DNA of 64,000 bases, taken from an uncultured Eubacteriales bacterium. GTDB taxonomy: Bacteria > Acidobacteriota > Aminicenantia > Aminicenantales > Aminicenantaceae. Position 1 is the stretch's first letter. Each line of letters opens with the position of its first letter. The DNA lies in contig CAZIMJ010000163.1 of NCBI GenBank assembly GCA_964540205.1, positions 2,847 to 66,846 on the forward strand. Reading direction: 5' to 3'. Positions 48,617 to 58,378 of the stretch are shown here, piece after piece. The notes below the pieces were generated by a model. The model was not told where the DNA came from, searched no databases, and was given only the letters and a program-made list of their open reading frames with translations. Made by a program: the position numbers and the translations under genes.

Positions 48617-50407
48617 TCATTGGCTATAGGTGGCATAGACAGGAGCGCTCTCCTCACCTGATTCACTGACAGAAGTGATCTTGTAGATGTAAGCTTCCTC
48701 GAACAAAAGTCCGCGCCTATCGTATGTGAAAGTTTGGCCATCCAGTTCGGCAATCAAAACAAAATCATTACCTTGACTATCCGAGCGGCTCTCATAGAGG
48801 CGATAAGAGGCAACTGGTACCTCTTTTCCAGGGTTGGCGCTCCATGTGAGACGGTCAACAAATTGTGTAAAAAAAATATAATCGTTCGGAATTCTTTGTA
48901 CAGTAAAAGATTTTGGCGGGAAAATCTTTTTCACACCATAGAAGGCCGCTCCATAAGCATCGACGATGCCCCACCCATATTCATTATTGGGACTCGAGGA
49001 ATTATCGGCCGTAGATTTTATCGCATCCATGATGTCATAATTCGTCCATGTGGGGTTGATCTCCAGGATGAGTGCCGTGGCTCCGGCTGTTAAAGGGCAG
49101 GAGAAAGAGGTGCCGGCTACAGAATCGTAGATGTTGGAACCCCCGATCTCAACGGTGTAAACATCAGAGCCCTGAGCCATCACATCTGGCTTGATCCTTC
49201 CGTCTGCTGTAGGGCCCATAGAGCTGAATTCCACACGAATTCCTCTGGGATCGACGGCTCCTGCGGCAATGACATTGGGACTGTCGGAGGGGGCGATGAT
49301 GGTGTTGTCTGGGGGAGATGCCGGACCTTCATTCCCGGCTGAATTAACGATCAGGATGCCGCGGCTTGCGGCAATATTAGCCCCTATGGTTGTGATGGCT
49401 GTTTCCCCATCCATATCTTCTGAGGTGTAGCCTTCCTCTCCATGGGAGAATTCATAACGATAGCCCAGAGAGCTGCTGATGATGTCGGCTCCGAGGTCGT
49501 CCGCCCATTCGGCGCCTGCGACCCAGTGGTCTTCCTCGATGTGGCGCTCCCAATCGGTGTTTTCTGTTTTTCCAAGGATATAAGATGCTCCGTATGCGGG
49601 ACCGATTAATTCCCCGGGATAGTAACCCCCAATTGTGCCCAGCGTTTGAGTCCCGTGATTTCCCACACCCATCTGACCCTCCTCATCAAAAACATTGGGA
49701 TCATCGTTTACAAAATCCCATGTGGCTTGGATATCCAGATGATCCAGGGCCTGGTGAGCAAAGTTTTTGAAACCGGTATCAAGCATGCAGATCATAACAC
49801 CTTCGCCGCTATAGCCAAGGTCATGGAGGGTAGGCACATTGATCTGATTGAGCTGGGTGAAAGAAGGGCCGTAGTCGAATGCATGAGGTTCTGCGATTAG
49901 CGACGGTTTCTCTATGGATTGTGTATGAGTAAGGTGAGTAAGGTCTGGTTCACGGAAGTGAAAGGAACGGACACGATCGATCTTTTTTACAAAATCGAGG
50001 TCCGCAATTCTCTGCAAAGCGTAGCCATAGGCCTCAACTGAGACGGCGTTGAGCCATCGCGACCTATGACGGATTCGGATAGTGTGGATTTGTACGCTTT
50101 GGATGTATTTTTCTTCGACGGGCACGTCGTAAACATCGACGAGAGGAGTGTATTTAAGGTGCCGCAAACGACGTTTCAGGGTGCGAGGATTCAGAGAAGA
50201 CTGGACGGTCTGAATTTTTTTGTCGAGCTCAGAACCCTTGTCATTGAAAAAAATCCATACTGTGAATTGGGTTTGCTCGCCTTGATTCTGAATCATCATC
50301 TTCAGATTGGCGCTGATTTTCTCTTGGGAATCGGAGAGAACAAAAGAGGCCATAAAAAATGACAATGTGACTGCGATGAAAATTTTAATACGTGTTCTAT
50401 ATTTCAT
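48617..50407 (-). CDS. Secreted subtilisin-like serine protease (S8 family) with propeptide and C-terminal domain
   Basis: Catalytic triad motifs MLDTGF (Asp), GNHGTQT (His) and GTSFSCP (Ser). Signal peptide. Confidence 0.8.
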   Translation of the reverse strand: MKYRTRIKIFIAVTLSFFMASFVLSDSQEKISANLKMMIQNQGEQTQFTVWIFFNDKGSELDKKIQTVQSSLNPRTLKRRLRHLKYTPLVDVYDVPVEEKYIQSVQIHTIRIRHRSRWLNAVSVEAYGYALQRIADLDFVKKIDRVRSFHFREPDLTHLTHTQSIEKPSLIAEPHAFDYGPSFTQLNQINVPTLHDLGYSGEGVMICMLDTGFKNFAHQALDHLDIQATWDFVNDDPNVFDEEGQMGVGNHGTQTLGTIGGYYPGELIGPAYGASYILGKTENTDWERHIEEDHWVAGAEWADDLGADIISSSLGYRYEFSHGEEGYTSEDMDGETAITTIGANIAASRGILIVNSAGNEGPASPPDNTIIAPSDSPNVIAAGAVDPRGIRVEFSSMGPTADGRIKPDVMAQGSDVYTVEIGGSNIYDSVAGTSFSCPLTAGATALILEINPTWTNYDIMDAIKSTADNSSSPNNEYGWGIVDAYGAAFYGVKKIFPPKSFTVQRIPNDYIFFTQFVDRLTWSANPGKEVPVASYRLYESRSDSQGNDFVLIAELDGQTFTYDRRGLLFEEAYIYKITSVSESGEESAPVYATYSQ

Positions 50408-50547
50408 TTTTTAGCTCTGTCCTTAGTTTTGATAAGTCAGTGATTAACCTAGCAATTATTTAAACGGTCGGTGATGGTTAACTATAAATTGTAGTAAAAT
50501 AGTCGGAATTAGTCAAAAACAAAAAAAGGGGACTCTCCCTTTCTATT

Positions 50548-50592
50548 GTAGGGTCCGTTCCCCGAACGGACCGTTTGGGAAACGGTCCCTAC
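50548..50592. repeat. REP-like palindromic element copy (gtagggtccgttccccgaacggacc…ggtccctac) embedded inside a terminator hairpin
   Basis: Nested inverted repeats. Flanked by GGGGAC (50526-31) and GTCCCC (50613-18) stems with A and T runs. Confidence 0.7.
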
Positions 50593-50622
50593 ATCTCATA
50601 GAAAAGCACCCTGTCCCCTTTT

Positions 50623-52980
50623 TTATTCGTAGCGGAGGGAATCGATGGGGCTGGCAGTGGCCGCACGGATCGCTTGAAAGCTCACAGATAAGAAGGCGAC
50701 TATCAAGGCGATCGCCATGGCGGCAATAAAGATCAAGACACTCAAGCTCGTGCGGTAGGCGTAACTCTGCAGCCAGTTCTTCATCAGGAAATAGGCCACG
50801 GGCCAGGCAATAATGTTCGACACAAAAACGAGCAGAAAAAACTCTCTACAGAGCAGCATCGTAATGTTCGATACGGTGGCTCCCAGAACCTTCCGGATCC
50901 CCACTTCCTTAGTGCGCTGCTCAGATGTGAAAGAGGCCAAACCGAATAGCCCAAGGCAGGCGATAAAAACTGCCAAGGCCGCGAAATATTTTAGCAATGT
51001 TCCGATCGATTCCTCGCGCCGGTACATCTCGTCGAAATTCTCATCCAGAAAATAGTATTCGAAGGGATATGTGGGGATCACTCTTTTCCAAATGTTTTCA
51101 ATGGCCTCCAAAGATTTGGAGACATCCCCAGTTGGAATCCTGATGAGCATAATCCGGTTAGGCTCCTCGTATAAGGATAGAGCCAGAGGCTCGATCTTGT
51201 TCCGAATGGGTTGATAGTGCCAGTTCTCCATCACACCGATGATCGTGCCCTCCCTGCCGACAAAACTAAATCGTTCTCCGACCACGGATTCCTTGCCCAT
51301 CAACTTGGCCACTTCCTCATTGACGATAAATGCAGTTTTAAGATCTGAAGAATACTCCTTCGAAAAGCCTCGACCCTCTTTCATTTTGATCCTTAAAGTC
51401 TCGATAAAATCAAAATCGACAGAGTTGAAGCCGATGAGCGTTGAGAAATTAGGATCTTTGCCATCCCAATCAGCACCAGCGGAGTTACTTCCGATTTGAG
51501 ATGGCAGCTGACCGGTGGCTGTCACATTCATAATATGCGAATCCTTGACCAACTCTGTTTTTAAAGTATCATAGACTTTTTGAACATCTTCTCTGAGAGG
51601 AATATACACCAGATGCTCCCTATCCCAACCCAATCGGTGATTTTTCATATAAGTTAACTGCTGGTAAACAACAACTGTCCCAATGATCAGCAAGATCGAG
51701 AGTGAGAATTGGACTACAACCAGAACCTTCCTGAACAGGGAACTTGCGGCCCCGGATTTAATAGCCCCCCTGATCACTTTGACCGGCTGGAAAGCCGATA
51801 AATACAGGGCTGGATAACTGCCGGCAACCAAACCCGTGAAGAGCGTGATCGCAGCCAATCCGATAAGGATCGTTCCTATCCCACCAACATTCCATGAGAG
51901 TTCCTTATCAGCAAATTTACTGAATGCTGGCAAGATCATTGTTACAACTCCTGCCGCGAGAACTAAGGAGATAAATGCAAAAACGACTGATTCCCCATAA
52001 AACTGCCGAATGAGATGGCTTTTTAGAGCACCAACGACTTTCCTCATCCCTACTTCTTTAGCCCTGTTGGCGGAACGGGCCGTGGACAGGTTCATGAAGT
52101 TGATGCATGCGATCAACAAAACGAAAAGAGCGATAATGGAAAAGATATAGACGTACTGAATTGCTCCCGGGCTTTTCTCGTATCCAAAATAGGAATGGAG
52201 ATGAATTCTCGTGAAGGGCATGAGCATGAGGTCAGTCACACTGTCGGATACCTTTGTCTTGATAAAGCCGAAGATTTTTTCATTCACTTGTTCCATTGTC
52301 GAGTTCGGATTGAGCTGCACATATGTCCCTATGGAATTGCTGCCGAATTCCTGATCGGTTCTTCCTATTTTCTCCAAAAAGGCATAAGGAACTGCAATTT
52401 CAAACTGCAAGGACGAATTGTGGGGGATGTTCTCCATCACCCCACTCACGGTAAATTCGTGTGTATTATTCACAGTGATCACTTTTCCGAGCGGGTCTTC
52501 ATCTCCAAAATATTTTTGTGCGAGATCTTCATCTAAAACGAGCGAATAAGGTGAGCTTAAAGCTCTGTCTTTGTCCCCTTTTATGAATGGAAAGTTGAAC
52601 ATCTGGAAAAAAGATGGATCAACGGCTCTTATGCCGTATTCAAAAAAAGCATTTTCTCCGTATCGGAACAAAAGACCCCCTGACCAGACATAACGTGTGG
52701 CATCAATGATTTCCGGGATCTCCTCTACGAGTGCCGGGGCCAAAGGATAGGGGGTGACTCTCACATGAAACATTCTTCCAGAGTAATGCTGATCTTCCTC
52801 GACACGGTAAAGGTGGGGTGCATTTTCATGAAATTTATCATAGCTCAACTCATCCAACACCCAGATTGAGATGAGGAGACAACAAGCCATCCCGATAGCC
52901 AGACCTGTGATGTTGATCAGGGAATACCCTTTGTGTTTTCTGATGTTTCTTAATATAACCTTTAGATAGTTTTTAAACAT
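50623..52980 (-). CDS. FtsX/MacB-like ABC-transporter permease, paralog 3
   Basis: Trimmed to ATG at 52980 (MFKNYLKVILRNIRKHK…). Dual FtsX domains. C-terminus …PIDSLRYE. Confidence 0.75.
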   Translation of the reverse strand: MFKNYLKVILRNIRKHKGYSLINITGLAIGMACCLLISIWVLDELSYDKFHENAPHLYRVEEDQHYSGRMFHVRVTPYPLAPALVEEIPEIIDATRYVWSGGLLFRYGENAFFEYGIRAVDPSFFQMFNFPFIKGDKDRALSSPYSLVLDEDLAQKYFGDEDPLGKVITVNNTHEFTVSGVMENIPHNSSLQFEIAVPYAFLEKIGRTDQEFGSNSIGTYVQLNPNSTMEQVNEKIFGFIKTKVSDSVTDLMLMPFTRIHLHSYFGYEKSPGAIQYVYIFSIIALFVLLIACINFMNLSTARSANRAKEVGMRKVVGALKSHLIRQFYGESVVFAFISLVLAAGVVTMILPAFSKFADKELSWNVGGIGTILIGLAAITLFTGLVAGSYPALYLSAFQPVKVIRGAIKSGAASSLFRKVLVVVQFSLSILLIIGTVVVYQQLTYMKNHRLGWDREHLVYIPLREDVQKVYDTLKTELVKDSHIMNVTATGQLPSQIGSNSAGADWDGKDPNFSTLIGFNSVDFDFIETLRIKMKEGRGFSKEYSSDLKTAFIVNEEVAKLMGKESVVGERFSFVGREGTIIGVMENWHYQPIRNKIEPLALSLYEEPNRIMLIRIPTGDVSKSLEAIENIWKRVIPTYPFEYYFLDENFDEMYRREESIGTLLKYFAALAVFIACLGLFGLASFTSEQRTKEVGIRKVLGATVSNITMLLCREFFLLVFVSNIIAWPVAYFLMKNWLQSYAYRTSLSVLIFIAAMAIALIVAFLSVSFQAIRAATASPIDSLRYE

Positions 52981-53048
52981 AGCCACGCTCCAATACATAG
53001 AATTTGATAGGAATGATGGGATGGATTTGAAAATCTGTCCCCATTTTT

Positions 53049-55475
53049 TTATTCGTAGCGGAGGGAATCGATGGGATTGGCGATGGCTGCTTTTATGGAC
53101 TGATAACTTACTGTGAAGAGAGCGACTCCGATCGTAACGATCCCCGATAAAATAAAAGCCCAAATGTCGAGATCTATCCTATAAGCAAAGTTCTGAAGCC
53201 AACTGTTCATGGCAAAATAAGCCAAAGGCCATGCAATCACAGCGGCTATCAAAACCCATTTTGTGAACTCTTTGGTCAGAAGCACAACGATGTTGCCCAC
53301 TGTGGCTCCGACGACTTTCCGTACACCGATCTCCTTGGTTCGGATCTCGGCGGAATACGCAGACAGCCCGAAAAGACCCAAACAAGAAATAAATATCGCC
53401 AACAGGGAAAATGCCTGAAAAATGTTGTTCACTCTGTCTTCTCCCTCATAGAGACGGTTGAGGTGCTCGTCCACAAACGTGTACATGAACAGCGTCTCCG
53501 GGGCAATCTCTTTGGCTTTCATCTCAATAAACTCCAAAACATCCGCCGTGTTGTTTCCCTGAAATTTGACCAACAGATATCCTGCCCAAGCCGGATTGTA
53601 CTCCAGGACCAAGGGTTCGATGATGTTATGCAGGGAGGCAAAATTAAAATCTTTAACAACACCCACGATCTCAGCATTGGTCCCTCGGAAATTGGATCCC
53701 ATTTTGCCCACAGGCTCTTTCAATTCGAGGGCTTGAACCGCTGTCTCGTTGAGGATGAATTCCGGTTTATACTCAGCTCGCCGTGTGAAATTTCTGCCAT
53801 CTTCCAATTGGATATTGAGGATCTCCAGAAAATTCTCATCAACACGCAAGTACCTCATGCTGGGGAGATCTTTATCCTCAGGCGTTCCTTCAGGTCTGAG
53901 GTTCTCTACACTGAATCTGTCGCCGGGCAGGGTGGAAATAACTGTAACCCCTGTTATGGCCGGATTCCTCAAAAATTCTGTCTTCAAGACCTCTGTGTTC
54001 TGAACGATATTGCGGCGGAGGCCACCATACAAGTCGATGGCCACAAGCTTGTCCTTCTCGAATCCAAGGTTCATATTCTGGAATAGATCCAGTTGCTTAT
54101 ATATTGTGATCGTACTGAAAATCATAAATATAGAAACTATAAATTGAAAGATCACCAGTCCCTTTCTAACCATCGTGACTGAAGATCCGGAATCTCTCAA
54201 GTTTTTGAGCGTATTTACCGGCTTGAATTTCGACATGAAGAAAGCCGGGTACACACCGGCCAAAGTCCCCACAAGAACAATGATCAAGACTAGAACACCG
54301 ATGTTATCTGGAGTCAAAATACGCACAAAGCTCAGGTCTTTTCCAGCCAGCTGATTGTAAAACGGAAGCGTGATGTCAAAAATCATTAGAGCAAACACCG
54401 CTGCGATCAAAGACATGACGTACGACTCGCCCAAAAACTGCTTCTGCAATTGATGACGATATGCTCCCAAGACTTTCCTGACACCGACCTCCTTCATCCG
54501 TTTGAATGCCTGAGCAGTTGCAATGTTGATAAAATTCACTCCTGCGATCAGCAGTATAAACAGAGCCACACAGGCAAATACATAGACATATATGATGTTG
54601 CTGTTGGGTCCCATCTCTTGTTCCAGGCGAGAAAAAAGATGAATATCCGTGATGGGTTGAAGATGCTGTTTTGTCCGAGCCAAGATCTCTTCCCGTGTCC
54701 CAAATTCTTGGTAAAACCGGGCCGTAAAATCTGGCATCTTTGCCCTTACGGCATCGAGACTTTGGTTCTCGCGAATGAGCACATAGGTATAAAACCAAGC
54801 CCAACCACGGCTGACCATCCAATCTTCAGCACCGCGTTCCTTCATTGTTTTGTACATTGTTGACATCGAAACGAGATAATCAAACTGCCAATGCGTGTTG
54901 AAAGGGACGTCCTCGACGACGCCTGTCACTTTATAAAGGGCTTGCGCACTGTCGTCAGAGATCGTTTTCCCCAGAGGATCTTCATCCCCGAAATACCTTT
55001 TTGCCATGCTTTTGGTCAAAACTACAGTGTTGACATCTACCAGGGCGTTTTTTGGATTTCCTCTGATAAATTTGAGATCAAAAACTTCGATGGTTGCAGG
55101 ATCAGAAAAAAATCCTCCTTTTTCTTCAAAACGCCTGGGTTCGCCAACTTTGGGAGTGTAGTTCAACACATTGGAGTACCTGTAGGCCAACCGAGTTGCG
55201 ACTTGGATCTCCGGGATCTCTTCTCCGATCTCAAGAGCGTGTAGGGGAGAGACCACGGCCCAGTGGAGAGATCCCTCCTCCAGGCCTTCATTGGTGACCC
55301 TGTATATGCGGTCTGCCTTAGGCCAGCTCCGATCATAGCTCAGCTCTTCTTTCACATGGAAAAGGATGAGCAAACTGCATGCGATCCCTAAGGCAAGACC
55401 GGTAATGTTGAGGATACTGTTCAGCTTTTGTTTGAAAATATTCCTTATGGCGATTTTAAAATAATTCCTTAGCAT
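53049..55475 (-). CDS. FtsX/MacB-like ABC-transporter permease, paralog 4 (tandem with paralog 3)
   Basis: 808 aa starting MLRNYFKIAIRNIFKQK. C-terminus …PIDSLRYE. Its 3' terminal ~28 nt and downstream terminator half are identical to paralog 3. Confidence 0.75.
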   Translation of the reverse strand: MLRNYFKIAIRNIFKQKLNSILNITGLALGIACSLLILFHVKEELSYDRSWPKADRIYRVTNEGLEEGSLHWAVVSPLHALEIGEEIPEIQVATRLAYRYSNVLNYTPKVGEPRRFEEKGGFFSDPATIEVFDLKFIRGNPKNALVDVNTVVLTKSMAKRYFGDEDPLGKTISDDSAQALYKVTGVVEDVPFNTHWQFDYLVSMSTMYKTMKERGAEDWMVSRGWAWFYTYVLIRENQSLDAVRAKMPDFTARFYQEFGTREEILARTKQHLQPITDIHLFSRLEQEMGPNSNIIYVYVFACVALFILLIAGVNFINIATAQAFKRMKEVGVRKVLGAYRHQLQKQFLGESYVMSLIAAVFALMIFDITLPFYNQLAGKDLSFVRILTPDNIGVLVLIIVLVGTLAGVYPAFFMSKFKPVNTLKNLRDSGSSVTMVRKGLVIFQFIVSIFMIFSTITIYKQLDLFQNMNLGFEKDKLVAIDLYGGLRRNIVQNTEVLKTEFLRNPAITGVTVISTLPGDRFSVENLRPEGTPEDKDLPSMRYLRVDENFLEILNIQLEDGRNFTRRAEYKPEFILNETAVQALELKEPVGKMGSNFRGTNAEIVGVVKDFNFASLHNIIEPLVLEYNPAWAGYLLVKFQGNNTADVLEFIEMKAKEIAPETLFMYTFVDEHLNRLYEGEDRVNNIFQAFSLLAIFISCLGLFGLSAYSAEIRTKEIGVRKVVGATVGNIVVLLTKEFTKWVLIAAVIAWPLAYFAMNSWLQNFAYRIDLDIWAFILSGIVTIGVALFTVSYQSIKAAIANPIDSLRYE

Positions 55476-55873
55476 ATTCTTTGCCTTTCAGGAGGCCTTC
55501 AAATTCATGTGCAAATTTTAGCGGACATATGTATTTCAAATAAACTTCAAGGGCTCTATCTGGTCAAAACTCAATGCAATAATCATACCAACAGAAAAGG
55601 TCTGAGATGGAAGGCCAATCTCTGAAGATTGCGGTGAAACATGTACGTTTTCGCAGCATAGAGTGTGCGATTCCGGACACATTGCCCCATGGAAATTAAA
55701 GAAAACTCCACGCTTTCTCCTACTCTTATAAACGAGAGGGAACACTTTATGGTTTACAGATAATTCGGATCGCCAATAAAGGCTGATTCTTCACGCTGGA
55801 TATGTTATTGTATACGGCACATAGTATTTAATTTATGAGGGATTTTTTATTAAAAAAAAGGAGGACTTCGAAT

Positions 55874-57592
55874 ATGTCTAAAAAGCGCCTAGTCTATTTC
55901 TGTCTGACCGTTATATGTATTTCGCTCTTATGTTTGAGTTGCGCTAAAAAAGAGGAGCCCGCAGACCTTGTGTTGATGCAGGGAAAAATCGTGACCGTGG
56001 ATGATGCCAAGCCTGAGTTCGAAGCGCTGGCAGTAAGAGGGAATACCATCGTAGCCTTAGGAACCAACACGGAAATCGAGCCGTATATTGGCGATTCAAC
56101 AAAGGTGATCGACCTCAAGGGAAATCTGGCCATCCCCGGCTTTACCGATGCGCACGCCCATTTCACCGGCATTGGACAGGCAAAAATGGGCTTGGAATTG
56201 ATGCCAGTGAAAAATTGGGAAGAGGTTATCGCTATGGTTGCAGAAGCTGTGAAAGATGCTCAGCCGGGCGAATGGATCCGTGGAAGAGGCTGGCACCAGG
56301 AAAAGTGGGATAAAACACCCGAGCCCAATGTTGATGGACTTCCTCTCCATCATGAGTTGAGCAAGGTTTCACCCGAAAATCCCGTTTTGCTGACTCATGC
56401 CAGTGGTCATGCCTCGTTTGCCAATGCGAAGGCGATGGAGTTGGCGGGAATCACAAGGAACACACCTGCTCCCGAGGGTGGAGAAATCGTTAAAGATACC
56501 AAGGGTAATCCCATCGGGATGTTCCGGGAGACAGGCCAACGCTTGCTGAGGGATGCGTATTACGCATGGCACGAGACATTAGGCGCCGCACAGATCACAG
56601 CTGAACGTCAGAAAATAATCGAATTGGCCGACCAAGAATGCCTCTCAAAGGGAATCACGTCCGTCCATGATCCCGGATCTCCGTTTGAAACAATCGATCT
56701 GTTCAAAGAAACAGTGGAACAGGGAAAACTCGGGGTGCGTCTTTATGTGATGATTAGGGATAGCAATGAACGCATAAGGGAGAAAATCGGCGAATACAGG
56801 ATTATGGGTATGGACGACAATCACCTGACAGTCCGATCCATCAAGCGGTCGATCGATGGTGCATTGGGCCCGCATGGAGCTTGGCTCTTAGAACCCTATG
56901 AATCTCTCCCGACAAGCGTTGGATTGAACACTTCGACCGTAGAGAGCGTCACGGAAACAGCCCAGATCGCCATCGAAAACGACTTTCAGCTCAATGTCCA
57001 CTGCATCGGAGATAGGGCAAACAGGGAGACTCTCGATATTTTCGAGGAGGCGTTCACCGCACATCCTGATAAAAAGGACCTGAGGTGGAGGATTGAGCAT
57101 GCACAGCATCTGCATCCCTCCGACATACCCCGCTTCGCTCAATTGGGAGTGATCCCATCGATGCAGGGCATCCACTGTACATCGGATGGCCCCTATGTAC
57201 TCAAGCGATTGGGAAAACAACGCGCAGAAGAAGGTGCCTATGTCTGGAGGAAACTCATGGACACAGGAGTGGTCATCTGTAATGGAACCGATGCTCCTGT
57301 CGAAGATGTGGATCCCATTCCATGTTTTTACGCGACTGTCACACGGATAATGAAGAATGGACAAGCATTCTACCCAGACCAGAAGATGAGCCGAAAGGAG
57401 GCGTTACGCTCCTACACCATCAATTGCGCTTATGCCTCTTTCCAGGAGGATATTCTCGGATCTCTGACACCGGGCAAATTAGCGGATATCACGGTTCTCT
57501 CAAAAGACATCATGACTGTCCCTGATGAGGAAATTCTTGATGCTGAAGTGCTATACACCATTGTCGGCGGAAAAGTGTTATACCAGAAATAA
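55874..57592 (+). CDS. Metal-dependent amidohydrolase (Amidohydro_3-like) lipoprotein
   Basis: RBS aaggagga followed by ATG at 55874. Lipobox LLCLSC. H-x-H motif FTDAHAHF. Confidence 0.75.
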   Translation: MSKKRLVYFCLTVICISLLCLSCAKKEEPADLVLMQGKIVTVDDAKPEFEALAVRGNTIVALGTNTEIEPYIGDSTKVIDLKGNLAIPGFTDAHAHFTGIGQAKMGLELMPVKNWEEVIAMVAEAVKDAQPGEWIRGRGWHQEKWDKTPEPNVDGLPLHHELSKVSPENPVLLTHASGHASFANAKAMELAGITRNTPAPEGGEIVKDTKGNPIGMFRETGQRLLRDAYYAWHETLGAAQITAERQKIIELADQECLSKGITSVHDPGSPFETIDLFKETVEQGKLGVRLYVMIRDSNERIREKIGEYRIMGMDDNHLTVRSIKRSIDGALGPHGAWLLEPYESLPTSVGLNTSTVESVTETAQIAIENDFQLNVHCIGDRANRETLDIFEEAFTAHPDKKDLRWRIEHAQHLHPSDIPRFAQLGVIPSMQGIHCTSDGPYVLKRLGKQRAEEGAYVWRKLMDTGVVICNGTDAPVEDVDPIPCFYATVTRIMKNGQAFYPDQKMSRKEALRSYTINCAYASFQEDILGSLTPGKLADITVLSKDIMTVPDEEILDAEVLYTIVGGKVLYQK

Positions 57593-57646
57593 ACTTCCTT
57601 GCTCTTTATATCGAATCCGTCTTCCTAAACGGAACATGGTTTTGAT

Positions 57647-57672
57647 GTAGGGTCTGTTCCCCGAACGGTCTG
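57647..57672. repeat. REP-like palindromic element copy
   Basis: gatgtagggtctgttccccgaacggtctg. Confidence 0.65.
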
Positions 57673-57737
57673 TTTAGGAAAATGGGTACAGGCACCTCAT
57701 TCCATATCGGAATATCGGAGCCAGTCCCCATTTCGAT

Positions 57738-57763
57738 GTAGGGTCTGTTCCCTGAACGGACCG
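57738..57763. repeat. REP-like palindromic element copy
   Basis: gatgtagggtctgttccctgaacggaccg. Confidence 0.65.
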
Positions 57764-58378
57764 AACCGATTTAGAGTTCGTTCCCTAATCGAACCATTTA
57801 TGAAACGGCCCCGACACCTCTGATTTTCGGATTACGCATGTATCGATAAGGCCCTAGTACCACTAATATTTTTGGCGGATTATATGGTGCTCGAGTCCCC
57901 TTTTTGTTCAGCTGATGGTCTCAGAAGGAGCCTTGGAAAGTTATTCTCGACAAGCACGTCTAATAGTATATAGAATTCGGTTTAGTGGCTTGTTTAATAT
58001 TGTGTCGTGGTAGTGGATGTGTTATATTCGATGGTTAAATTGCCTGAATTATTCATAAAAAATGTCGATACTTATTACAACTAAACCAATTTCAACAATT
58101 TACTGTGTTCATTCATCCTACCCATCTGATAATTCCTTCTTCAATGTCCCTTCCATTTATAATCGACATTTTTTACTCTTCGGGCGAGCTGATCTCACTA
58201 CAAAGCCTTCGTTGTAGCCCGGGTAGGTTGGGTCGGCTCGCAGTAGTTCACTACAGCTTCGTGGGCCACTTCCTTGACTTTGCGACCTTAATGTTAGGGT
58301 GGGGCGGGTCGGATCGTGCATAATCCAGGATAATTGCAAATAATATGAATAAAATTTATCACAATTAGGAGGTTGTGG

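Noticed and set aside
53463-54086. 207-aa plus-strand ORF and similar ORFs inside FtsX paralogue 4, and equivalents in the other permease genes
   Set aside because: They lie opposite strand within long conserved CDSs.
57593-58378. Possible tRNA/tmRNA in the GC-rich island
   Set aside because: No T-loop (GTTCRANYC), D-loop or acceptor-stem pattern found. It is reported only as an unexplained structured segment.
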